This document shows, one piece after another, positions 48,248-56,422 of a DNA stretch of 64,000 bases. This DNA comes from a virus: positions 64,001 to 128,000 of the IMG/VR virus record IMGVR_UViG_3300030380_005901; one strand, 5' to 3'. A program made the translations under genes and the position numbers. The notes beneath the pieces are model-generated. The model ran no database searches, was not told the DNA's origin, and saw only the letters and a list, made by a program, of their open reading frames with translations. Numbering within the stretch: position 1 is the first letter of the stretch; the number at the start of each line of letters is the position of its first letter.

Positions 48248-48907
48248 TTATTTTTTATCTATAAGATTAGAACCCCAATGTCCTCCAGTTCCCTCATCTT
48301 CATCGTATATATCTCTAAAAGATCTCCCTTTAGAAATAGTACTTTCGTTTTTTAAATTTGTTATATCTTTTTCTAAATCTAAAATAGTATTTTTAAGTTT
48401 TTTAATCTCTTTTTCTTTTTTATTTATAATACTTTTATTTTTTTTTATCTCTTCATCTTTATTTAAAGTTTCCGTTGTTTTTATTATATTATCTTTTTCT
48501 ATTTTGTTTAGATTATTTTTAATATTAATAATATTTTTTTCTTTTTCATTAATAATGTCTTCTAATTTACCTATTTTAATACCTAATTCATTTACTTGTT
48601 TATCATCTGTAATATAAACATCTTTCTCAATAGTTATTTCTTTAATAACTTCCTTTTCAACCGGTACTTCAACTAAAACCTCTTTAATAATTTCTACTGG
48701 AACTTCTTTCTCTACAACAACTTCCTTAATAACTTCAACAGGAACTTCTTTTTCAACTACTACTTCTTTAGTGACGGGTGCATTACCATATTTTTCTATA
48801 TTAAATCCAGTCTTTATATTTTTTAAAATAAAATCGTCTATGTCTTCAATACCATTGAGTTTACAAAATTCTTTTATTTCGTCTCTTATTTTTTTAGGTA
48901 TTCTCAT
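48248..48907 (-). CDS. Coiled-coil protein with (V/I)EKEVPV repeats
   Basis: KEVVVEKEVPVEVIKEVVVEKEVPVEIIKEV. Confidence 0.7.
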   Translation of the reverse strand: MRIPKKIRDEIKEFCKLNGIEDIDDFILKNIKTGFNIEKYGNAPVTKEVVVEKEVPVEVIKEVVVEKEVPVEIIKEVLVEVPVEKEVIKEITIEKDVYITDDKQVNELGIKIGKLEDIINEKEKNIINIKNNLNKIEKDNIIKTTETLNKDEEIKKNKSIINKKEKEIKKLKNTILDLEKDITNLKNESTISKGRSFRDIYDEDEGTGGHWGSNLIDKK

Positions 48908-49725
48908 TAAGCATTAGTTAGATATTCTTTACCTACTTCTAAATCTTCTAAAGAATTTATTTTAAAAACATAATAACCATATTCTGTATCTATATCATGT
49001 TCTGTGTAATCTAAATGTTCTACATCCCATATTAAGTAACCATGTTCAGATACTCTCTCACCAAAGTCTTGTTGGATAAAACTACCACAATATGTTATAT
49101 TTATACCTTTATGTACAAAATTTTGTCTGTGGTGGATATCACCCATAATAACTGCATCACACCCTTCAAACTGTTTTAACTCTGCAGATTCATCAAATTC
49201 AAAACCTACTGAAGTTATTGCACCGTTAACTGGTGCATGAAATAAACCAATATATTTCTTGTCATTACCATATTCTTTTCTACAAGCATCAATATCCGGT
49301 CTAGCGTTTTCTTCAAATATAGAATAACAACACCAAACTATGTTTTCATCTAAATAACACTTACTTTCAGTCATATAGTTCACATATGGGTTATTCATTA
49401 TTTCTATTATTGGTGTTAAGGAATCCAACCTATCTTTATTATTTTCCAAAAGATCGTGATTACCCGCAATTAAAACCACAGGACATAACTCACTACATTT
49501 ATTAAGAAACCAAGAAACTAACATTGTTAACTCGTTTGATATAGTAATCTTTTGATGCACTATATCTCCTGCAATTACTATTCTACATTCTTCAAAAGAT
49601 AAGTTGTTATCTTCTATATAAAATTTAACTTCATTGAGGAATTTGTTACAGACTTCTTTACATTCATTATGTCTATTATAGGTTCTAAAATGTAAATCTG
49701 CAATGTGAAATAATTTTTTTATCAT
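48907..49725 (-). CDS. Mre11/SbcD (gp47-like) metallophosphoesterase nuclease
   Basis: HIADLH, AGDIVH, AGNHD, FHAP, MGDIH. Confidence 0.9.
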   Translation of the reverse strand: MIKKLFHIADLHFRTYNRHNECKEVCNKFLNEVKFYIEDNNLSFEECRIVIAGDIVHQKITISNELTMLVSWFLNKCSELCPVVLIAGNHDLLENNKDRLDSLTPIIEIMNNPYVNYMTESKCYLDENIVWCCYSIFEENARPDIDACRKEYGNDKKYIGLFHAPVNGAITSVGFEFDESAELKQFEGCDAVIMGDIHHRQNFVHKGINITYCGSFIQQDFGERVSEHGYLIWDVEHLDYTEHDIDTEYGYYVFKINSLEDLEVGKEYLTNA

Positions 49726-49765
49726 ATCTTAAATATAATGATTTTTTATTGAAAAGACAACGCGA

Positions 49766-50662
49766 TTAGGCAGGAATTAGAGTAGTTAACATATTATCTA
49801 CATGTTCACTATAATCTGCACATTTGATAACTTTATAATTTGGGTTGTCTTCATTAAACCAAACTAAATTACATCTACCTAACTTTAAGTTAGTATTTTT
49901 CTCAATTATTTTTTTATAGATATTAAGTTGTAATGAATATGTATTAAATTCACATTTATCTAACATCCATAAACACTCCTTCATTTTGTTACCATAATCA
50001 TCCTTCATATTTAGACGAGTATTAGTCTTCCAATCCCATATCTCTAAAGTACCATATCTTTCATTCCAAAATAACTGATCCACCATACCACATAACATAT
50101 AGTCTTTATCACCAACCACTAACTCTGATTTAATTGGTACTAACTTACCTTTAGCTACTGTATCATTATAAAAGTTATGGAAATATCCTTCCATAATTTT
50201 ATATGTTTCTTCTATCTCACTAAAATCCAATCCTTCAGGACTTTTAGTGGGGTAAGGCATTATCTTATTATTTAGATAATTCTCAATATAATCGTGAAGT
50301 GTTGTACCTTCAAAAGTTGCATGATTGTTTTTATACTTCCATAACTTTTTGATGTCTTCTTCACTAGTACATTCCTCTGATGGTTTTGGTTTAGAGTAAT
50401 CAGGTCTATCATACGGATCACCTTCCATAGGATAAAAGTTTTGTTTATGTGCAAACTTATCTGCCATACTTTTAGCCTTATATATATGTCCTTGTTTTTC
50501 TGCCCATTTATCTGGTTTATCTACATTAGATTCAAAGTCTTCTTCAAACTTATGAATGAAACCAGTACAGGATATTGTTTTCTCTCCATCAATATAATAC
50601 GTATGAGGTTCGTCATAATATTTTATATTGTTGAATACGGATAATTCTTTAATAATCTCCAT
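49766..50662 (-). CDS. PD-(D/E)xK exonuclease
   Basis: GTTLHDYIE, SELVV, CGMVDQL, IWDWKTN, YSLQLNIY; start MEIIKE after promoter TTTG-N20-TATCTTTG (50683-50714). Confidence 0.85.
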   Translation of the reverse strand: MEIIKELSVFNNIKYYDEPHTYYIDGEKTISCTGFIHKFEEDFESNVDKPDKWAEKQGHIYKAKSMADKFAHKQNFYPMEGDPYDRPDYSKPKPSEECTSEEDIKKLWKYKNNHATFEGTTLHDYIENYLNNKIMPYPTKSPEGLDFSEIEETYKIMEGYFHNFYNDTVAKGKLVPIKSELVVGDKDYMLCGMVDQLFWNERYGTLEIWDWKTNTRLNMKDDYGNKMKECLWMLDKCEFNTYSLQLNIYKKIIEKNTNLKLGRCNLVWFNEDNPNYKVIKCADYSEHVDNMLTTLIPA

Positions 50663-50713
50663 TTTTTGTATATTTATTATTACAAAGATAAGCATTTATT
50701 TTTAAAAAAACAA

Positions 50714-52612
50714 ATGGAATTAAAAGACATTATAAGAAATACTACTGATACCCAACCGTTCAATAATTTTGAGATTGCAGTATTAAGAGAAATATATAGA
50801 ACTTTGGATGGTAGAGTAAAAAGTAATAAAAAAACTGATATTAACCTTTTAATGGATTCTAATATAATAGGTAACTTAGCATTAGATAAGGATATACTTA
50901 TGTATTTTTATGCTTTATATAAAAATAATTTATTCAATGTTTTAAATAAAGATGGTGATTTTGCTTCTATAGAAGAAGTAGTTGTACCACAAATGAAAGA
51001 GTATCAAATTAAATTTTATCAAAACGTAAATTCTTGGAGAGAAATCAAAAATACTGTCGTGTCAGATGATAGTGATACTGCCCTAGACGCAATGGATTGG
51101 GAATACGATTATGGTAATATGGTGAATCCAGAATTAACAACTCACATAGATGATGAAATACATCAAGGAGATTATGATGAGGTTTTTGATACAGATGCAG
51201 ATGTATTACGAACTTTAAATGAAAGTATTAAGAATATATTAAGAGAGGAACTGAATACTGAAAAAGAACCGGTAATTTTTATTGCAGGTTGTTCTTCTGC
51301 AGGTGAATGTGGTAAAAAATATAAGTATTCACACCAACAACAAGGTAATATGTTACAGACTGCTTTAGGTGATAATTTTAATGTAATAACCCTATCACAT
51401 GTACCCTCACCTTTATCAGAAATAAAAAAACATAATAATCCTTATGTAGTTATGTTTAGTGCTGGTGGTAAACACTCAGATAGGGTGGCAAACGAAATAA
51501 ACAATAGCGAAAAAGACTTAAATAAAATTTATATTGTTGAGCCTTATACTTGTGGTTCAAACACTCTAAAAAAAGTTAACTCCGCAATAACTACGATAGG
51601 GAGTAATAATAATGTCTATGGTGGAACATCAAATTGTACAGGTAAAAATGTTGCGGGTAAAATAGATAGTGAAAGTAATCACTGGAGTGCCTTAACTACT
51701 GTTGGTAATGATATTAAAAAGACATATATACCCCCTATACCCCCTATTTCTACAAACCCCACATTAGATATTAATATACCAAATACAAACATTCCTATGG
51801 ATAATACTTATGTGGCACCACCTTATTTAGGTATATACGAATCTAAAAAAAGAAAAATAAAAATTAGTGAGAGTCAATTATCCAAAATTGAGGAAGATTT
51901 AAAATACTGGAGTGTTAGTGATGCAAACCCAAACAAAAACAAATATGAAATGGGTGTGGAGTTAGAAGAAGAGGTAACTAGTATTCCAATATATAAAGAT
52001 AATAATCCCCATAAAAGAGTGTATGAAAAAATGAGAAGAGAGTTTCCTGATACACCAGAATATGTTTTACAAGATTATTACAGAAATATCATACTAATGA
52101 GAGCACCAGGTCATCGTCCAGCGATGAAAGATATTTTAAACACTTATAATGGTGATCCAATACCATATATTAAGGGTGATGGAAATGGGTGGTGGTATAA
52201 CTATTTAAAAGGTCCGTGGAAGTTACAAGTTTTAAACGTAAACCCAATGGACTTTGATAAACGTACAGTAAGAGCGTTTGAACAAAGAGATTTTGGTAAT
52301 ATAAATGCATACAACGTACCCAAAGATGAAGAACGAATGGACACTCAAATGAGTATGAGGAGAGATGATGGAATGAACGAACCAGTTATTATTCTACAAA
52401 ATCCTGATGGTACTTATCAATTAATAGAAGGGTGGCATAGAACAATGTCTATATTAAAAATGGGTGATAAACCTACTGAAGATTATTATGATGAAGATGA
52501 TTACAATGATGAATTGTGGGACGAAGAAACACCTACTGAGTTAAAAGATTGGGATAAAGTTAAACTCAGAGCATTTGTTGCACCAAATCCAGACTTTAAA
52601 GAAAAAAAGTGA
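50714..52612 (+). CDS. Multi-module late protein with C-terminal ParB/Srx-like domain
   Basis: EPVIILQNPDGTYQLIEGWHR; central module with MFSAGG; internal leader-like KIKISESQL. Confidence 0.65.
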   Translation: MELKDIIRNTTDTQPFNNFEIAVLREIYRTLDGRVKSNKKTDINLLMDSNIIGNLALDKDILMYFYALYKNNLFNVLNKDGDFASIEEVVVPQMKEYQIKFYQNVNSWREIKNTVVSDDSDTALDAMDWEYDYGNMVNPELTTHIDDEIHQGDYDEVFDTDADVLRTLNESIKNILREELNTEKEPVIFIAGCSSAGECGKKYKYSHQQQGNMLQTALGDNFNVITLSHVPSPLSEIKKHNNPYVVMFSAGGKHSDRVANEINNSEKDLNKIYIVEPYTCGSNTLKKVNSAITTIGSNNNVYGGTSNCTGKNVAGKIDSESNHWSALTTVGNDIKKTYIPPIPPISTNPTLDINIPNTNIPMDNTYVAPPYLGIYESKKRKIKISESQLSKIEEDLKYWSVSDANPNKNKYEMGVELEEEVTSIPIYKDNNPHKRVYEKMRREFPDTPEYVLQDYYRNIILMRAPGHRPAMKDILNTYNGDPIPYIKGDGNGWWYNYLKGPWKLQVLNVNPMDFDKRTVRAFEQRDFGNINAYNVPKDEERMDTQMSMRRDDGMNEPVIILQNPDGTYQLIEGWHRTMSILKMGDKPTEDYYDEDDYNDELWDEETPTELKDWDKVKLRAFVAPNPDFKEKK

Positions 52613-52683
52613 ACCGGGGAGGATTCGAACCTCCGACCGTCTGCTTAGAAGGCAGATGCTCTATCCAGCTGAGCTACCGGTCC
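52610..52683 (-). tRNA. tRNA-Arg(TCT)
   Basis: GGACCGG/CCGGTTC acceptor, TCTGC-CTTCTAA-GCAGA anticodon arm, GGTTCGAATCC; CCA not encoded. Confidence 0.95.
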
Positions 52684-52689
52684 AATATG

Positions 52690-52773
52690 TACTCGAAGCG
52701 GGAATCGAACCCGCACTCCCAAATGGGAACAAGATTTTAAGTCTTGCGTGTCTACCTATTCCACCACTCGAGC
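52690..52773 (-). tRNA. tRNA-Leu(TAA)
   Basis: GCTCGAG/TTCGAGT acceptor, CAAGA-CTTAAAA-TCTTG, long variable arm, GGTTCGATTCC; CCA not encoded. Confidence 0.95.
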
Positions 52774-52920
52774 ATCGAGTATGTTATTAAAATATTCAAT
52801 AACATATTTAGCATATGAAGTGAGAACATCTCTACCTTCAAATACAAACATTTCTTTACCTTTAATTACTGCATCTTTATACTGTAATTTAAACTTATCT
52901 ATATTTTCTAAACTAATCAT
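52756..52920 (-). CDS. Small phage protein whose stop lies inside tRNA-Leu
   Basis: Hand translation MISLENIDKFKLQYKDAVIKGKEMFVFEGRDVLTSYAKYVIEYFNNILDARVVE*. Confidence 0.65.
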   Translation of the reverse strand: MISLENIDKFKLQYKDAVIKGKEMFVFEGRDVLTSYAKYVIEYFNNILDARVVE

Positions 52921-52924
52921 ACCT

Positions 52925-52956
52925 CAAATATAGTAATAATTTTTTACTAAAACAAA
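52925..52956 (-). promoter_or_regulatory. Bacteroidota-type promoter for ORF-tRNA unit
   Basis: TTTG-N20-TATATTTG, 4 nt before ATG. Confidence 0.75.
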
Positions 52957-53145
52957 TTAATTGTAAGTTTTTGATATTACATCTAAAAATAAATCCGTAT
53001 AAGAGTCCACTTTATTAGGGAAATTACGTTTCATACGTTTTGCCCAATCTTGTGCCCACTCATAGGCGTGTTCTTTTTGTTTTTCCGTTATACAACTATT
53101 AACAACTTTATTAACATAATTAAACTGTTCTCTTAAATTTAACAT
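52957..53145 (-). CDS. Hypothetical protein
   Basis: KVVNSCIT..Q...A..W motif. Confidence 0.55.
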   Translation of the reverse strand: MLNLREQFNYVNKVVNSCITEKQKEHAYEWAQDWAKRMKRNFPNKVDSYTDLFLDVISKTYN

Positions 53146-53327
53146 ATTTTATTATTTAAAAATTATAGTATATAATATTGAATGTATCCCTTTTAAATGA
53201 ACGGGATCTATTAACAATCTAATTTTCTTCATTAGTCTATACCTTTTTATTAATCTAAACTTATTAGTTGTGTGATATTCCTCTATTATGTTTTGTAATT
53301 CCATATTGTAAAAATAAAAAAAATATT

Positions 53328-53723
53328 TTACTTTACCAAATGTTTTTTAAAATTTTCTAAATATTTTTTTATATTTTCTGCACCCACAGGATTTGCAGAA
53401 TGTACCAAATAAAATGGTATATCTTTACCTTCATCTAAACAATATTCACACAACCATCTACAAGCATCATATCCCGTTTTTTCTTTAAGACTACCATAAT
53501 TAATATCACCCTTTTGATTTTCTGGTAAATATGCATCATACGACAAATCATGATCGAAAGATATGTGAGTTGGTAAACCAAATTTATTAATTGCGGAGAT
53601 AAACTGATAATAATCTCTCACTATAACCCAATCGTTATCACTTTCATATAATGGATTAACTGTTAATTTAAATACACAATAAGGGGTCCTGATATCATCG
53701 AGAAATAGTTTATAATTTTTCAT
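53328..53723 (-). CDS. Cyclic-phosphate-processing receiver-like domain protein
   Basis: LFLDDIRTP, ISFDHDL, TGYDACRWL, VHSANPVGAENI. Confidence 0.8.
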   Translation of the reverse strand: MKNYKLFLDDIRTPYCVFKLTVNPLYESDNDWVIVRDYYQFISAINKFGLPTHISFDHDLSYDAYLPENQKGDINYGSLKEKTGYDACRWLCEYCLDEGKDIPFYLVHSANPVGAENIKKYLENFKKHLVK

Positions 53724-53786
53724 ATCATAAATGTACGAAAAAATTTTAACTATAACAAAAAAAAATAAGAAATAATAAGGTTAATT

Positions 53787-54731
53787 TTAGGACATAGGTG
53801 AAAATATTTTATTTAAAAAAAGACCCGCTGGTTTGGTCCTACGGTATGCCCTCCAATAAGCTTTTTTATCTTCTTCATCCTCAGAATTTTTCCAATCGTC
53901 AATTGTATTATATTTTTTAGATATATTTATTAGATCTTCCTCAGTATCCAAATAGTTTTTATGATGTTTCATATGAGAAGTTACATCTTCCCAAAATTCT
54001 TTACCTCTTTTATATGCCTGCCAGTAAGTAAGTCTATCATCATTTTTCCACTCTGTCTTAGTTTTATATTTTAAAGCAATTTTTCTTAGAGTGTCGTCTG
54101 AGTTTAAATACTTCATACCTAAAGCACCTGTTTTAGCAATATTTAAAATTTGCCAACCATTATTCATATACTCAGTCTCATAAAAAGACTCTAATTCTTT
54201 AGCCTCTTTAAACCCAACTTTTTCTGGTGTAAGTTTTTTAAGTTTAAGACGTAGTTGTGGGTTACTTTCTAAAAACTTACCTACTGCGGTTTTTTCTTGT
54301 TTTTTGCTATAAGAACAACTATCTGTTGTGTGTTCCAAATGTCTTCTATCAATATCACAAGACAACCCTATATATGCTGCTTTTGGTTTATCACCATCCG
54401 CATCAGTAAATTCATAAACATATATATCTTTTTCACCAAACCAACCAGCAGGTTCCATATCAGAAGTTAATTCTCGCCAAAATTTATTTCCCTCACCCTC
54501 ATTATCTGTGTTCATAACCTTTACCCTATTCTTTGCTGCAAAATAACTATTTTTATCTACACTATTTAACCATTCTTTTATAGTTCGATATTTTTTTGCT
54601 ATCTTAATTAATTCGTCATTGGTGTACTTAACCTTTCTTCCAATTTTGTGAAATCTTGAACTTAATCTCCTATCATAAGACTCTCTTTCTTTAATTTTTT
54701 TAAATTGGTTTTCAGTTATAATAATCTTCAT
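53787..54731 (-). CDS. GIY-YIG endonuclease-like protein with helical repeats and MKIIITENQF leader
   Basis: IYVYEF..AYIGLS..RR..EH..LE..LN; three IAKKY.T..EW-like repeats. Confidence 0.75.
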   Translation of the reverse strand: MKIIITENQFKKIKERESYDRRLSSRFHKIGRKVKYTNDELIKIAKKYRTIKEWLNSVDKNSYFAAKNRVKVMNTDNEGEGNKFWRELTSDMEPAGWFGEKDIYVYEFTDADGDKPKAAYIGLSCDIDRRHLEHTTDSCSYSKKQEKTAVGKFLESNPQLRLKLKKLTPEKVGFKEAKELESFYETEYMNNGWQILNIAKTGALGMKYLNSDDTLRKIALKYKTKTEWKNDDRLTYWQAYKRGKEFWEDVTSHMKHHKNYLDTEEDLINISKKYNTIDDWKNSEDEEDKKAYWRAYRRTKPAGLFLNKIFSPMS

Positions 54732-54767
54732 AATTATAAATATTTTGTCAAACCAAAAAAAAACATA

Positions 54768-55715
54768 TTATAATAAACTTTCTTTTATACGTTTTGCGGT
54801 AGTAATTAATTTAATTACACCCTTACTACCTAATTTTTGGTGTACGTCTGATAAATCAAATCGTTTAGGCATATATACCATTAGTACCCTTCCATTCAAT
54901 TTAGTACTATCTAATTTTTTATATAGGTTAATTGCGTCTTTTTCTGCATCGTTGTCTAAAACTATTATGACTTTGGCGGAAGCATTATCTATTAATTTTT
55001 TAAATAACAAATCATTTAGTACTTTACCCAACATAGGAATACTATTTGGTAGGGTGATATGATCGAATACACCTTCTACTAAATAAATGTTAGAATCCCA
55101 ATTAATTTTTCCTTCATTAAATATAATATCCATTTTAGATACTTCAGGATTTTTATACTTTAGTTTAGTGTATTTTTCAAAACTCCTACCTAAAAAATAA
55201 TTTATCTTACCTTCACTGTCATATGATGGAAATATAATTCTATTTCTGTAATCTCCTACGTTAGCGTAACCTAAATTATATTTTTTAATTAAGTCTATCC
55301 CTATATTTCTTTTACTAAGATATTGTAGTGCTTGTTGATACCCACTATCATTCCTTTCTATAGTTAGTGGTGTAAAATTTTTAGGTAATCCCGTTATAAC
55401 CACCTTTTCTTTGTCTACTACAACCCTTTTATTATCAGGTATTACTAACTGATATTGTTTCATATGGTTTTTATTACCATACTTCCTAATAAGTTTATTA
55501 AGTGTCCCATGTGTACCATAGGTTTCTGAACAAGCCCAACATTTATAAACATGATGATAGTAATTAACTTCTAAATTACCTTTACCATCTCCACAGTCTA
55601 GTCCTTTAATTGATGAACATACAGGACAGTCAAAAGATATCTGACTTTTGTTTTCATAATGTTTTTTAGAATTACCTAATACATCTTCTAAGATTTCTAC
55701 AACTAATTGTGACAT
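54768..55715 (-). CDS. DNA primase (Zn finger + TOPRIM)
   Basis: CPVC...CWAC, YLSKRNI, RIIFPS, KYKNP, LVEGVFD, LDNDA. Confidence 0.88.
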   Translation of the reverse strand: MSQLVVEILEDVLGNSKKHYENKSQISFDCPVCSSIKGLDCGDGKGNLEVNYYHHVYKCWACSETYGTHGTLNKLIRKYGNKNHMKQYQLVIPDNKRVVVDKEKVVITGLPKNFTPLTIERNDSGYQQALQYLSKRNIGIDLIKKYNLGYANVGDYRNRIIFPSYDSEGKINYFLGRSFEKYTKLKYKNPEVSKMDIIFNEGKINWDSNIYLVEGVFDHITLPNSIPMLGKVLNDLLFKKLIDNASAKVIIVLDNDAEKDAINLYKKLDSTKLNGRVLMVYMPKRFDLSDVHQKLGSKGVIKLITTAKRIKESLL

Positions 55716-55719
55716 TTCA

Positions 55720-55751
55720 CAAATATATGAATTTTATTTTAAAAATCCAAA
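55720..55751 (-). promoter_or_regulatory. Bacteroidota-type promoter of primase
   Basis: TTTG-N20-TATATTTG, 4 nt before ATG. Confidence 0.72.
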
Positions 55752-56384
55752 TTAATTCCAGTCTCCACATTTTCTCATACCACCTAATACACACGCATAT
55801 GCATCAGTCATATCATAATTTTCTTTAGTTAATTTGTTGTGTTTATCGTATATCCATACTACTTGTGGTTCTATCTCACTTACTTTTTGATGTATTATCA
55901 CTTTTTTATCAATATCATATGGTAAACCCCCAAATAAAACTGGATTTTTCTTTTCTATTTCTTTGTCTGTATATCTTTCACCTGATTTTTTAAATAACCT
56001 AACTTGCATTAAATCTGGGAAAGCAAATTTTCTAGCATCGTAAGATGAAACAAATTCAGGTACTATGTTTAAAACCTCATACACTGACCTACATATCATA
56101 CCATTAAATCGTAATAACGTTGCTACAGTATTTACATTATTAGATCTTAATAAAGGTTCTTCAATAAAAACCCTATCAATTTCAATATCACTATATTTTT
56201 CTAAGAAATCCTCTTCAAATATTTGAACCTTTTTTATTAAAGTTTCTATATTATTTTTAGGTTTAGGTTTAACTTTAGGTGTTATATGTGTTAACAATTG
56301 TAATTTACCATTATCACCTTTATCTTCAAAAAGTGCTATACCTATAGTTTTTGTGGACACATCTAGCCCTAGAATTCTACTCAT
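55752..56384 (-). CDS. RuvC-like Holliday junction resolvase
   Basis: ILGLDVSTKTIG, VFIEEP, LLRFNG, DMTDAY. Confidence 0.8.
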   Translation of the reverse strand: MSRILGLDVSTKTIGIALFEDKGDNGKLQLLTHITPKVKPKPKNNIETLIKKVQIFEEDFLEKYSDIEIDRVFIEEPLLRSNNVNTVATLLRFNGMICRSVYEVLNIVPEFVSSYDARKFAFPDLMQVRLFKKSGERYTDKEIEKKNPVLFGGLPYDIDKKVIIHQKVSEIEPQVVWIYDKHNKLTKENYDMTDAYACVLGGMRKCGDWN

Positions 56385-56422
56385 TATAAAACATTTTTTT
56401 AATTAAAGTTTTTACACTTCAT

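Noticed and set aside
49766-50662. Exonuclease as Cas4 of a CRISPR system
   Set aside because: No four-Cys Fe-S pattern, array or other cas genes; sits in the recombination cluster
52575-52933. Plus-strand ORFs 52575..52790 and 52748..52933
   Set aside because: Antisense shadows of the two tRNAs and of the real minus-strand ORF
53150-53303. Two very short minus-strand frames (MELQNIIEE..., MKKIRLL...) as a split gene
   Set aside because: No recognisable motif; cannot distinguish from spacer
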